From: Candidatus Komeilibacteria bacterium CG11_big_fil_rev_8_21_14_0_20_36_20
GTDB lineage: Bacteria > Patescibacteriota > Patescibacteriia > UBA1558 > GWA2-36-10
Length of the DNA: 64,000 nucleotides
NCBI GenBank assembly: GCA_002787405.1
Contig: PCWQ01000012.1
Span: 76,458-140,457, forward strand
Direction of reading: 5' to 3'
The notes beneath the pieces were generated by a model. That model was not told the origin of the DNA, made no database searches, and worked only from the letters and a program-made list of their open reading frames with translations. Of this stretch, positions 49,620-59,652 are shown piece by piece (position 1 is the first letter of the stretch; every line of letters starts with the position of its first letter). The position numbers and the translations under genes are program-made.

Positions 49620-49765
49620 ACTGTCATTCCCACTCCGCATCAAGTGCGGAATAAACTCCAGCGTAAATCTAAAAACTTGTATATTCTGAATCCCTACCTA
49701 CTCCTAGAGTCTGAGCGATCTCGGAGCCGAAGATTGGTAGGCAGGAAACCAAGAATGACGAAATA
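49620..49765 (+). ncRNA. Candidate structured RNA or cis-regulatory element upstream of galU
   Basis: A closing helix GTCATTC (49624-49630) with GAATGAC (49756-49762). Internal hairpins CCGCAtcaagTGCGG and CCTACC...GGTAGG. GC is higher than the flanking intergenic DNA. Confidence 0.2.
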
Positions 49766-49797
49766 TAATAAAATTGATAAATTAAATTTTTAACGGG

Positions 49798-50658
49798 ATG
49801 AAAAAAATCCGCAAAGCCGTTATTCCAGTGGCCGGTTTAGGCACTCGTTTTTTACCAGCCACCAAAGCTCAACCAAAAGAAATGCTACCTTTGGTTGATA
49901 AACCAATTATTCAATATATTGTAGAAGAGGCCGTAGCCGCTGGGATTGAGCAGATAATTTTTGTTACTTCTTCAACTAAAAGAGCAATTGAGGATCACTT
50001 TGATCGTAGTTTTGAGTTGGAATATAGATTACGGCAAAAAGATAAAGAAAAAGAACTATCAGATCTACTTAAGATCTCTGATATGGCTAACTTTGTCTAT
50101 ATTCGTCAGAAAACACCAAGAGGGCTGGGTCACGCCATCTATACTGCTAGGCAGGTAGTAGGCAATGAGCCATTTGCTGTTTTATTAGGCGATGATATTA
50201 TTGACGCCAAGGTGCCAGCTATTAAACAGTTGATGAATGTTTATAATAAATACGGAGATATTGTAGTTGGGGTGACTAAAGTGCCTAAAAAAGAGACCGG
50301 AAAATATGGCATCGTTGATCCTCTGCCAATTAGTGAGCGGGTAGTCGAAATTAAAAGAATTGTTGAAAAACCACAGCCAGCCAAGGCGCCTTCCAATCTC
50401 GCTGTCACTGGTCGTTATATTTTGACTCCGGAAATTTTTGACATTTTAGCCAATTTAAAGCCTGGTGCTGGTAATGAAATTCAGTTGACTGATGCCATGG
50501 CCAAGCATATCAAAAAACGGGCTGGCTATGCCTCCATTTATCAAGGTACGTATTACGATTGTGGCAATAAAATAGAATTTATCAAGGCGATTATAAATCT
50601 TGCTCTTAAAAGAAAGGAATTCAACGGAGCTTTAAAAAAATATTTAAAAAATATTTAA
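49798..50658 (+). CDS. galU: UTP--glucose-1-phosphate uridylyltransferase
   Basis: KAVIPVAGLGTRFLPATKAQPKEMLPLVDKPIIQY matches the GalU N-terminal signature. Confidence 0.9.
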   Translation: MKKIRKAVIPVAGLGTRFLPATKAQPKEMLPLVDKPIIQYIVEEAVAAGIEQIIFVTSSTKRAIEDHFDRSFELEYRLRQKDKEKELSDLLKISDMANFVYIRQKTPRGLGHAIYTARQVVGNEPFAVLLGDDIIDAKVPAIKQLMNVYNKYGDIVVGVTKVPKKETGKYGIVDPLPISERVVEIKRIVEKPQPAKAPSNLAVTGRYILTPEIFDILANLKPGAGNEIQLTDAMAKHIKKRAGYASIYQGTYYDCGNKIEFIKAIINLALKRKEFNGALKKYLKNI

Positions 50659-50660
50659 TC

Positions 50661-52028
50661 ATGAATCGCAACAAAGTTTTTACACTTTTAATTTTATTTG
50701 TTTTTATCATCACTTCTGGTTTTGCTTGCCAGTGGTCTATTACTAAACCCAAAGAATTTAAACCAATTACTTTAGAATATTGGGGGGTTTGGGATACCCC
50801 TAGTCAGCTCAAATCATTAATTGACAGTTATGAGGTCAGTCATCCTACTATTCATGTTAAATACAGAAATTTTCGTTATGATGAATATGAGAGAAAATTA
50901 TTAGAAGCTTGGGCCGATGATCGTGGTCCGGATATTTTTTCTATTCCTAGTACATGGCTTAAGGAATATCAGCACCGTTTAGAACCAATGCCCGCTAGTG
51001 TTAAAATTCCGGTTCAGGAAATTACTGGTACTATAAAAAAAGAAGCCATTACTTCTTTAAAGCAAATAAAAAGTTTATCATCTTTAGATATTAAAGAAAA
51101 ATATGCACCAATAGTCTCTGAAAACGTAATAATAGATAGCGAGATCTACGGGCTACCTTACTATTTGGACACCTTAGTGACTTTTTATAATTCAGATTTA
51201 TTAACTAGAGAGAATATACCCGAGCCGATTGCTGACTTTCACGATTTAGTGGAACAAGCTCCTCAATTAACTAAGGCCACAGAAGATAATCAGGTTATCC
51301 AGTCAGCCGTGGCCTTAGGAGGCACTGATAATATTCCTCGTTTTTTTGATGTTTTTTCTAGTATTATGCTGCAGAACAATGTCGAGGCAAAAGGTAAGTG
51401 GTTTGCTCCTTTGGAAGAAAAAGAGTCGGCCAGCCGTTTGCTGGAAGTTTTTAGCTTTTATACTGATTTTGCCCGACCAGGTCGAGCTACTTATAGTTGG
51501 AATGTGGATTTACCTAGTGCTTTTGAGTTATTTGCCGCTGGTAAACTAGCTTATTTCTTCGGTTATAGTTATCATGCTGATGAGTTACGACAGAGAGGCG
51601 TGCAATTTGATTGGGGGATTACTAACTTTCCGCAGACTAGGGGTGCTTCTGGCACTAAATATTACGCTGATTATTGGGTTAATGTAGTGGCTAAGAAATC
51701 CGCTAATTCAGATGCCGCTTGGAATTTTATTCAAACCACAGCTAATCAAGCAATAGTAGAAAAATATTTAACTGAAAACAAACGTCCAACCGCTTTGCGC
51801 TCTTTAATTAATGATCAACTGAACAATGAAGATGTTAGAGTATTTGCTTCCCAGGTTTTGACAGCTGATAATTGGTATAATGGTTATGATGTTCAATTAG
51901 CTGAAAATTATTTAAAAGAAATAATAGATGATTTAGTCTCAAGTGAGAAAATATTAGACAAAGATAATGCCACGCTTAATTTGTTTGTTAATTTTATTAA
52001 TCAAACCTATCAACAACCCAATGAATAG
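50661..52028 (+). CDS. Extracellular solute-binding protein (ABC-type, family 1-like), possibly a lipoprotein
   Basis: A signal peptide with a Cys near its cleavage site (GFAC) is present. Size and pattern resemble sugar-binding SBPs. No cognate permease is adjacent. Confidence 0.5.
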   Translation: MNRNKVFTLLILFVFIITSGFACQWSITKPKEFKPITLEYWGVWDTPSQLKSLIDSYEVSHPTIHVKYRNFRYDEYERKLLEAWADDRGPDIFSIPSTWLKEYQHRLEPMPASVKIPVQEITGTIKKEAITSLKQIKSLSSLDIKEKYAPIVSENVIIDSEIYGLPYYLDTLVTFYNSDLLTRENIPEPIADFHDLVEQAPQLTKATEDNQVIQSAVALGGTDNIPRFFDVFSSIMLQNNVEAKGKWFAPLEEKESASRLLEVFSFYTDFARPGRATYSWNVDLPSAFELFAAGKLAYFFGYSYHADELRQRGVQFDWGITNFPQTRGASGTKYYADYWVNVVAKKSANSDAAWNFIQTTANQAIVEKYLTENKRPTALRSLINDQLNNEDVRVFASQVLTADNWYNGYDVQLAENYLKEIIDDLVSSEKILDKDNATLNLFVNFINQTYQQPNE

Positions 52029-52686
52029 ATTTTTATGGCCAACTTCTTTTTTATTATTGATCATTCCTCAAATTAGTCGGGGGGCTGGTTTTTTAGACAA
52101 TATTACTTGTATTAGAACCGGCACCTGTGGTTTGGATGATATCGCTACGGGTTTTATTTTTCTCACTCAATTATTATTGGGAGCAGTAGGCGCTATGGCT
52201 TTAGTTTATTTTATTTGGGGAGCCATTCAATGGGTTAGCTCTGGAGGTAGCGCTGAAAAAGTAAAAAGCGGTAAAGAAATTATGGTTAATACTATTTTTG
52301 CTCTATTAATCACCTTTGGCAGTTATTTAATAGTGACTTTTTTTGTTAATAATATTTTAAATGTTGCTCCAGAGTATCAAATTGGTGCAGAGTGTAAAAA
52401 TAAATCCCAAGGCACTGCTTGTAATCAGTTTGAAATTAATTATATTTGCACTGGTAATGGATTTACAGGTGAGTGGGCACAATATAATGAGATTTGTGTT
52501 ACTAAATGTGGATTAAAAAACATTATGATACATATAGATTATCCAGACTATAATCCTCTTTGGGCCTATATTTGTATGGATAAACCAAAAGATGAAAGGG
52601 CAACATATGAGCCCAACCTTTGCCCGAAAGGACCGGAGTATGTTTGTGTCTTAGTAGACGGAAACAATAATCCTATTATACAATAA
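52021..52686 (+). CDS. VirB2/TrbC-like pilin-family small membrane protein with a Cys-rich C-terminal extension (paralog 1)
   Basis: The start is probably the internal M at 52021 (MNRFLWPT), which overlaps the SBP stop. A signal peptide, TM1, the loop WVSSGGSAEKVKSGKE and TM2 are followed by an ~100-aa domain with 10 Cys. Confidence 0.4.
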   Translation: MNRFLWPTSFLLLIIPQISRGAGFLDNITCIRTGTCGLDDIATGFIFLTQLLLGAVGAMALVYFIWGAIQWVSSGGSAEKVKSGKEIMVNTIFALLITFGSYLIVTFFVNNILNVAPEYQIGAECKNKSQGTACNQFEINYICTGNGFTGEWAQYNEICVTKCGLKNIMIHIDYPDYNPLWAYICMDKPKDERATYEPNLCPKGPEYVCVLVDGNNNPIIQ

Positions 52687-52700
52687 TATTAAAATTAAAT

Positions 52701-53030
52701 ATGAAAAACAAAATAATTATTTTTATAGCCATCGCACTAATACCTGCCTTTGTTCAAGCAGCGACTGTTTCCTTACCTAATCCCTTGAGCGTGGACAGTG
52801 TTCCAGAATTTATTTCTAACATGATCCGAGGTTTATTGGGAGTAGTGGGAGCAATTGCTTTATTCTTTTTAATTTTAGGCGGTTTTCAGTGGATGACTTC
52901 TCAAGGCAACGCTGATAAGATTCAAAAAGGAAAGGATAGCATGGTTTGGTCAATTTTTGGTTTAGTGATGGTTTTTGTCAGTTATATTTTAATTAATCTT
53001 GTTTTCCAAATCTTGGGCGGAGGTACTTAA
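52701..53030 (+). CDS. VirB2/TrbC-like pilin-family small membrane protein (paralog 2)
   Basis: A signal peptide (AFVQAATVS), TM1, the conserved loop GGFQWMTSQGNADKIQKGKD and TM2 are present. Confidence 0.45.
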   Translation: MKNKIIIFIAIALIPAFVQAATVSLPNPLSVDSVPEFISNMIRGLLGVVGAIALFFLILGGFQWMTSQGNADKIQKGKDSMVWSIFGLVMVFVSYILINLVFQILGGGT

Positions 53031-53105
53031 AAAATTTGTTGTTTTCTGCTATAATTAAAGCACAATTTAATTATTAATAATATTTACAAGAGAGGAGGTG
53101 AGAAA

Positions 53106-53450
53106 ATGACCAAAATTGTTACTAGTTTGTTACTTTTTTTACCTATGGCTGCTAGAGCTCAAGATGATCCTTTTGGTGTCAACGAATTAAATAGTATAGA
53201 GTTAGGAACCAAAGATTTACCAGAAACCATTGCTGGAGTAGTCAATATTGTCTTAGGATTTTTAGGTATCCTTTCCACAATAATCATTTTGCTAGGCGGT
53301 TTCAAATGGATGACTTCTCAAGGCAACACTGATAAGGTGGATGAAGCAAAGAAACTTATTGGCGCCGGTGTAGTCGGTTTAGTAATAGTTCTAGCTGCTT
53401 ATGCCATCGCTCGCTTCGTCTTGAATTCATTAGTTAACGAGACTATCTAA
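53106..53450 (+). CDS. VirB2/TrbC-like pilin-family small membrane protein (paralog 3)
   Basis: A signal peptide, TM1, GGFKWMTSQGNTDKVDEAKK and TM2 are present. An SD GAGGAGGTG lies upstream. Confidence 0.45.
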   Translation: MTKIVTSLLLFLPMAARAQDDPFGVNELNSIELGTKDLPETIAGVVNIVLGFLGILSTIIILLGGFKWMTSQGNTDKVDEAKKLIGAGVVGLVIVLAAYAIARFVLNSLVNETI

Positions 53451-53530
53451 CAGACCTATTTTAGTCTAGACTATAGTAGGCCATGTTAATGGCCTACTAG
53501 AGCTTGGATTAAGACTTCAGTAATAAAAAT

Positions 53531-53950
53531 ATGAATTTTGTTAAAAATAAAAAGCTATTAAAAATTTATTCGTTTTTGATTTTAGGTGTTTTGGCTAACC
53601 CAGTTTTAGCTCAATCATCTATGGGACCAACCGCAGGGAGCACCGGTCTAGAAGAAGCCGCTCAAGGGACTGGTCTAATTACTAACAAAAGTTTTGCTGG
53701 TATTATTTCGTTAATAATTAAATCGTTGTTGTCTCTGTTGGGGATGCTTTTTCTAGTTTTAATTATCTGGGGTGGTTTCAAATGGATGACTTCTCAAGGT
53801 AGTTCTGATAAAGTTAATGAGGCCAAAGATTTAATTATTAACGCTACAATTGGCTTAGTGATTGTGGTGATTTCCTATGCCATTGTTAGGTGGGTTTTAG
53901 ATGCGTTAGTAAGTGTTCAAAATGGTCCGGCCGGTGGTGGTGATGGATAA
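53531..53950 (+). CDS. VirB2/TrbC-like pilin-family small membrane protein (paralog 4)
   Basis: A signal peptide, TM1, GGFKWMTSQGSSDKVNEAKD and TM2 are present. A Gly-rich C-terminal tail is present. Confidence 0.45.
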   Translation: MNFVKNKKLLKIYSFLILGVLANPVLAQSSMGPTAGSTGLEEAAQGTGLITNKSFAGIISLIIKSLLSLLGMLFLVLIIWGGFKWMTSQGSSDKVNEAKDLIINATIGLVIVVISYAIVRWVLDALVSVQNGPAGGGDG

Positions 53951-53970
53951 ATTATTTTATCAATTAAACA

Positions 53971-54010
53971 AATTTAAATCCCGACGATTTCTCATCGGGA
54001 TTTATATTTT
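53971..54010. terminator. Bidirectional intrinsic terminator
   Basis: AAATCCCGAcgatttctcaTCGGGATTT is followed by ATATTTTTTT. Confidence 0.5.
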
Positions 54011-54019
54011 TTTATACCT

Positions 54020-54673
54020 CTACTTTTTTGAGGTATAGATTTCGCAGATCCAGCCAATTGGCCGACCCTGCCAGAAATTGTCCATCTCCTGGTCAATATT
54101 GAGGCAGTGCGAGGTCGCTCGCTTTTGCCCTATGTCGCCCTTGGTTGATAGCCAGAAAAATGTGGTGGGTATAGGAACCAATTTAGTGACAGCACTTGCT
54201 TCACCTGGCTGGAGAACTCCATATTGATTTCCTTGGCTGTCCCAAACTTTAACGGCTTGGGCGGAAGAGTTATGGACGACTCCTGCTTGCAACATCATGT
54301 TGCGGAGGAATAAATCGTCAATGATAATCGTTTCTCCTGTGGAATATAAACCAGTTCGTTCGATCTCTACTTTCTTTTTTTCCGAGTTAAAATTGTATTC
54401 GTAGAACCATCGGACGATGTATTCTGCTTCTTTTTTAGCGTAGCCGCTGAAGGCAAATTGCCTTCCAGGTTCTATTTGGAAGAAATCATTATCATTGCCC
54501 CTATTAGAAGCAATGAACACTGGCTGGTTGGATTTATTGAGAAATTTTATATGTGTGGCCACAGGTTGGTTTTTATTAAGTAGCTGCCCTTGGGGGCCAT
54601 GGTAGCGATTACAGCTATTTAGTGAAAACAGGGTGAAAATTAGGATTACTAGGGCTAAAAGCTTCTTTTTCAT
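54020..54673 (-). CDS. Hypothetical lipoprotein
   Basis: A signal peptide with a lipobox (LFSLNSC) is present. No recognisable domain. Confidence 0.5.
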   Translation of the reverse strand: MKKKLLALVILIFTLFSLNSCNRYHGPQGQLLNKNQPVATHIKFLNKSNQPVFIASNRGNDNDFFQIEPGRQFAFSGYAKKEAEYIVRWFYEYNFNSEKKKVEIERTGLYSTGETIIIDDLFLRNMMLQAGVVHNSSAQAVKVWDSQGNQYGVLQPGEASAVTKLVPIPTTFFWLSTKGDIGQKRATSHCLNIDQEMDNFWQGRPIGWICEIYTSKK

Positions 54674-54786
54674 GGCTATTCTCCTTTGTTTTTTGAAATT
54701 TGAAGTACTTTTGAATTATTATATTATATCATATTTTTTATTTTATGTCAATAATAAAAATGTTTTTTTAATGCTATAATAAGAAT

Positions 54787-56667
54787 ATGTTACTAAAGCA
54801 TAATTATTTTAAGCGCCATAGCTGGCTTTTTTTATGGCTGGGGGTTCTAGTTTATATCCTTTTGTTTATTTTTTTGTCTTTAAAGAAATACTATAATTTT
54901 GATTATAGCGCTTTGGATCTGGCCATCTTTAATCAAGTTTTTTTTAATACTCTGCATGGCGCTTGGTTTGATTTGACGATTAATTTAAATAATTATTTAG
55001 GTGATCATTTTGCGCCTATTATTTTTTTGCTTTTGCCATTTTATTGGTTAAAACCCTCGGCAGAGATTTTGTTAATCTTACAGAGCGTTATTTTAGGACT
55101 TTCGGCTTGGCCATTATATTTAATTACCAAATACATTACTAAAGATAAAATTATTGCTTTGAGCATAGGGTTAGTTTGGCTTTTTAATCCTTTTGTGCAC
55201 AGTTTGAATATTTTTGAGTTTCATTTATTGCCTTTGGCGGTTTTTTTTATTTTTTGGTCTTTTTATTTTTATCGAAAAGATAATTTTAAAATATTTTTAT
55301 TGTTTTTTATTTTGAGCTTATTGGTCAGGGAAGACACTAGTTTAGTACTTTTAGGTTTTTCAGCTCTAACTTGGCTGGATAAAAAATGCCTAAAGTGGAA
55401 GTTAACTACTTTAATTCTTCCCTTAACTTATTTTTTCCTCGCTTTGAAAGTAATCGGCCATTTTTCCGCCAGCGGAGATTATAAATTTTTAGTTTATTAT
55501 GGTTGGTTGGGAGGTTATGATTTATTTTCTATTCTTATTTCTTTATTAACTCACCCAGTAGCATTATTTAATCATCTTTTAACAATAGGTAACTTTACCA
55601 CCATAGTAGTTATTTTATTGCCGTTGTTGTTTTTACCATTATTAAGATGCAAATATTTATTGTTGGCTTTACTGCCTTTTCTCCAGCTTATTTTAACAGG
55701 CAATGGGTTAAATTTTACTATTTATCAGACTCATTATATTGCTCTTTTTCTGCCAGCTCTTTTTATTGCTTTGATCTTTGCCTTACAAAAGATAAAAAAA
55801 CGACATAAATTTTTTGGCAGCCAATATATTTACAGTAACTGGTCTATTTCTAAGATTATTTTATTAGTAACAATCATTTATTTTGCTATTTTTCTCTCGC
55901 CGGTCAAAAGTATGCTGGTGCGTCATTATAGTTTATCAGAGCGAGTGGCTAGACAAAATTTTTTAGCAATAATTTCAAATCAAGCCAATTTGGCGGTTGA
56001 AGATTCTCTGTTGCCAAATTTAAGTAGCCGGCCAGTGATTTATCCGGTCAGCTATGCTTATTTTAGCCAAAGTCAATTTGCCGCACAAAGCTTTAATTTG
56101 CCGCCAGTTGATTATATTTTGTTTGATTATTCGCGATTTTTTAGCACGTTAATTAGTAAAAATACCAGATTTTATTTACAAAAATATAAAGATAAGATGC
56201 CGGCCCACTGGCGGAATATTTTAGCGGATTATAATTTGGTTAAAATTGATCAAAATTTATTTTTGTGGCAAAATAAAAAATCAGCCGAGTCTGGTGATTT
56301 AGATTTGTTCGAAATCAATAAAAAGCCCAATCAGTTTTACAGCTCAAGCTTTCTAGTTGGGACAGAATGGGGGGATAAAGAAAATAGGGTTTTAAAATTA
56401 ACTTTTCAAAAGCCAGTTGGCCAAGCGCAGGATTATTTGATTCGTTTTTATCAAGGCGAACGTTATTTTGATTTACCCTTGGATTACGGTTTATTATCTG
56501 TCCCCGAATGGTCTGATGAAGAGTTGGTTACCTTTTTTTATTATTTAGATGGTTCAGTTGAGGGTTATCAGATTTTTTCCTGGCAGGGCGTTAATAAGTT
56601 GGGGTTAGTAAGAGAGATCTTTATAGACCTGGAGTTAAATCCAGTGACAGAATTTACCAATCTGTAA
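54787..56667 (+). CDS. DUF2079-like polytopic membrane protein (putative GT-C-type glycosyltransferase)
   Basis: N-terminal pattern DLAIFNQVFFNTLHG...LGDHFAPIIFLLLPFYWL...LLILQSVILGLSAWPLYL. More than 10 TM helices and a C-terminal soluble domain. Confidence 0.5.
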   Translation: MLLKHNYFKRHSWLFLWLGVLVYILLFIFLSLKKYYNFDYSALDLAIFNQVFFNTLHGAWFDLTINLNNYLGDHFAPIIFLLLPFYWLKPSAEILLILQSVILGLSAWPLYLITKYITKDKIIALSIGLVWLFNPFVHSLNIFEFHLLPLAVFFIFWSFYFYRKDNFKIFLLFFILSLLVREDTSLVLLGFSALTWLDKKCLKWKLTTLILPLTYFFLALKVIGHFSASGDYKFLVYYGWLGGYDLFSILISLLTHPVALFNHLLTIGNFTTIVVILLPLLFLPLLRCKYLLLALLPFLQLILTGNGLNFTIYQTHYIALFLPALFIALIFALQKIKKRHKFFGSQYIYSNWSISKIILLVTIIYFAIFLSPVKSMLVRHYSLSERVARQNFLAIISNQANLAVEDSLLPNLSSRPVIYPVSYAYFSQSQFAAQSFNLPPVDYILFDYSRFFSTLISKNTRFYLQKYKDKMPAHWRNILADYNLVKIDQNLFLWQNKKSAESGDLDLFEINKKPNQFYSSSFLVGTEWGDKENRVLKLTFQKPVGQAQDYLIRFYQGERYFDLPLDYGLLSVPEWSDEELVTFFYYLDGSVEGYQIFSWQGVNKLGLVREIFIDLELNPVTEFTNL

Positions 56668-58189
56668 TGTCAATGTAATTATAAGGTTGAGGCCAGATAG
56701 CAAAATAAGTGCGGTCTTCTAAAATTTTTAAGTTAGTTTTAAAAACACTATTAAAGATTACCCGAAAGCTATTGACGGGGGTAATAGTTGGATAGAGTTG
56801 TTCTCTGGTTGTGGTGGGCACATAGTAGGCGTTGAAAATAGAGCGTCGTTCTACAAAATCAGTATTTTCCAAACTACTCCAATCCAATCCAGAGCCAGAA
56901 CCATGATCGGCTTGAAGAATAATAATTGGAGCAGTTTCGGATTTAGCTAGAATTTCTTCAATCATAACTTTGATTTTTTCGTTGGTGAACTTCAATTGTT
57001 TGATATATTTTTCCCGATATTCTTCCACACCTGGACAATCTTTATAGTAATGACTTCCGTCTCCACCACAGTCGTTGTCCGGAGCAACAAAGCCAGTTTC
57101 ATCAAAAATAAAAGGAGGATGTTGAGTAATGAAATGAGCATAGATAAAGGTCGGTTCTTTAATCTCGGCAATATCTTTCATATGATCAAATAGGAAGAGA
57201 GTTGTTTCTTTAAGTAGTTCAAAGCGGTTATTTCTAGTTAAAATAAATTTCAAAGGAGTCATATCAATCAAAAAGGTATTAAATTCATTGGCGTTAATAG
57301 AATTATTATTGGCGCTGCCATCTAGGCGCATAAAAATGTCAGCTTTGGTGTTGCGATAAGTACCAGTCCAGGTTGCCGGCAGAGCCACAAAAGTGTAATT
57401 ATTATTTTTTAAAAAGTCATAAACTTTATTATCTCTTAGCATTCTTCGAATTGGGCCGCGATTATTGGAATTTTGGAATTGTTCTGTAGCTTGGTTGACA
57501 TATTCAAAATTGAGCGATGAGGCCAGAGAAAAATAAGTTTGGACATAATTAGAGCGGCTCTGATCAGCCACATAAAATCCTTTATCTTCCAAGAAATTAA
57601 TAAAGTCACTATTGTCATAGCCATAGCGACTCTGGAGGATATCCTGGCGGGCATAACCGTCAAAGATAATATAATAAATATCCGGTTTGACAGTCGGCTC
57701 CTGCCACGATAAATCTAAATTTTGATCATAGTTTACTTCAGGGAGAGTTTGATAAAAAGTCCGAGATTCATATTCATAATAAGCCACACTAACGATTGGC
57801 CATAAAACCAGAATTAGGGCCAGTAAATCAAAATAATTGTTTAGATTGTCAAATTTTTTCTGCGAGGAGATAATCAAACTAGTAACAGCTATGAAAATTA
57901 CCAGCCAGCTTAACAAAGTAATCAAATAGCCCCAAAATAGGAAGATTTCAAAGAGATAGTCAAATATAAAGAATAGTAGAATAAACAGGGAGGCGATTAG
58001 ATGAGCTTTATTTTTATTTTTTATTAATTTTCTACTAATCAGAAAAATGATAATTCCTCCCAGGAGACTGACCGTTAGTGGTTTTAGTAGATAATAGAAA
58101 TCCACCATATCTTTATTATGTTCATAGAGAGATAAAGTTGGCGCAATGGCAAATAAAAAAGGATGAAGGATGATTTTTTTGCTTAGCAT
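56654..58189 (-). CDS. Sulfatase / LTA-synthase-like alkaline-phosphatase-superfamily membrane enzyme
   Basis: N-terminal TM helices are present. The extracellular domain has IYYIIFDGYARQD and ILQADHGSGSG motifs. Confidence 0.6.
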   Translation of the reverse strand: MLSKKIILHPFLFAIAPTLSLYEHNKDMVDFYYLLKPLTVSLLGGIIIFLISRKLIKNKNKAHLIASLFILLFFIFDYLFEIFLFWGYLITLLSWLVIFIAVTSLIISSQKKFDNLNNYFDLLALILVLWPIVSVAYYEYESRTFYQTLPEVNYDQNLDLSWQEPTVKPDIYYIIFDGYARQDILQSRYGYDNSDFINFLEDKGFYVADQSRSNYVQTYFSLASSLNFEYVNQATEQFQNSNNRGPIRRMLRDNKVYDFLKNNNYTFVALPATWTGTYRNTKADIFMRLDGSANNNSINANEFNTFLIDMTPLKFILTRNNRFELLKETTLFLFDHMKDIAEIKEPTFIYAHFITQHPPFIFDETGFVAPDNDCGGDGSHYYKDCPGVEEYREKYIKQLKFTNEKIKVMIEEILAKSETAPIIILQADHGSGSGLDWSSLENTDFVERRSIFNAYYVPTTTREQLYPTITPVNSFRVIFNSVFKTNLKILEDRTYFAIWPQPYNYIDITDW

Positions 58190-58191
58190 TT

Positions 58192-59652
58192 TTATTTTTT
58201 CTCCATAAGATAAATAATTCTATTTGAATCTTTAATCTTGATTATTTTTTTAATTAGGAAGTATTTTTTAAAAGCGTTTTCAAAAGCAATTTGGTTATAA
58301 TCAGAGAAAATATCCTCTCTGGTGGCCAGCAGTTTTTGTACCTTAGAGTCATTCTTAGGGATAAATTCTATAATTAATGAATGGCCTAGTTGGCTGAAGA
58401 ATTCGGCGGATTTTACAAAAGGGGTGTTATTGGAAATAGTGAAATGGTGGATAAGAGCTAGGGCCATAATCATCTCCGCTGGTCCTCTTTTCAGCAGAGA
58501 AGCTCTTTCCTGATTTTGCCATCCTAAGCTGGGGCTGGGGTTGGTTAAATCAATAAACAAAGGCAGTAGCCCTTTTTCTTTATTTTTAACAATTTGGCGG
58601 TAATTTTTTTCTACCGCCAAAAGGTCAATATCAAAAGCGATGGTTTCAATGTCTTGCTGGCTGGCTAGACGACTAAAAAGGCCGTCGTTGGCTCCTAAAT
58701 CCCAAACGGTTTTTGGTCGTATCTCTTTTAATAAATTTTTAATAATATTTTTTTTATCTTCAAAAGCGGTTGGAGAATAATTAGTAAAGGAATAATATTC
58801 TCCCCATTCGGTATGTGATTTTGGCAGCTCCAGGTTATTAATGGTATTTTCCAGACTATCAATCAGTCCTCGCAGAGCGCGCCAATTCATTTTTTTAGTT
58901 TTTTTATTAATGCTTTTATCAGCAAAATGTTTTTGGCTTTTGGCGTGGAGGTGAAGATGAGTCAGTAGAGAAAATTTAAATTTTGTAGAAAAAGGCAATA
59001 ATGAGCTGGCTAAATCCAACGGCACGCCATCTACAAAGATTCTGAATAATTGATTTAATCTCAAATCCTTATATTTCATCAGAGCCAGAGGAGCAACAAA
59101 ATGCTGGCAGAATTGGCGATAGGCCACCCAGGGCTGCCCGACTGAGTATTTTTCAAAGGATAAGGTATCAATAAATATGGGTTGCCCATTAAGAAATTGG
59201 AGATTATAACTACTAGCGTCTTTTAAACTCATTTTAAAATTCAGGGCAGTTTTCTGGATTTGCAGCGTAGCCAAAGCAGCGGCTTTTAATTGTCCAAAAC
59301 ACCACTCATAAGGATAGGAAATAAAATTAAGTCGTTGTGGTTGAATAATTTTATATCCCTGATCGGAATAGAAGTTAGTTGATTTAATCTCCTGATGGGT
59401 AACTAATAATTTTTTTTCGACCAATTTTTGGTAAAGGCCAGAATTCATCAATTGTTGATAATCAGATTGATAAGATTGATTTATTTGGCGGAAGATAGTT
59501 TCTTGGTCGGCAAAAATAAAACCACTTGGGTCTCTAAATGAGCTAGGGTGTTTCTTTATGTTCTTCTTCATAGTCAGTTTTTTTTCTATTAAATATTCGA
59601 GTAAATAATTTTTTGATTTTTTTAAAATACATTTTGATAGCAAAAGCGCCAC
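58192..59652 (-). CDS. SAM-dependent methyltransferase-domain protein, hypothetical
   Basis: The C-terminal region VWDLGANDGLFSRLA...AFDID gives a methyltransferase motif I. The likely real start is the internal MKKNIKK at about 59571. Confidence 0.5.
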   Translation of the reverse strand: MALLLSKCILKKSKNYLLEYLIEKKLTMKKNIKKHPSSFRDPSGFIFADQETIFRQINQSYQSDYQQLMNSGLYQKLVEKKLLVTHQEIKSTNFYSDQGYKIIQPQRLNFISYPYEWCFGQLKAAALATLQIQKTALNFKMSLKDASSYNLQFLNGQPIFIDTLSFEKYSVGQPWVAYRQFCQHFVAPLALMKYKDLRLNQLFRIFVDGVPLDLASSLLPFSTKFKFSLLTHLHLHAKSQKHFADKSINKKTKKMNWRALRGLIDSLENTINNLELPKSHTEWGEYYSFTNYSPTAFEDKKNIIKNLLKEIRPKTVWDLGANDGLFSRLASQQDIETIAFDIDLLAVEKNYRQIVKNKEKGLLPLFIDLTNPSPSLGWQNQERASLLKRGPAEMIMALALIHHFTISNNTPFVKSAEFFSQLGHSLIIEFIPKNDSKVQKLLATREDIFSDYNQIAFENAFKKYFLIKKIIKIKDSNRIIYLMEKK

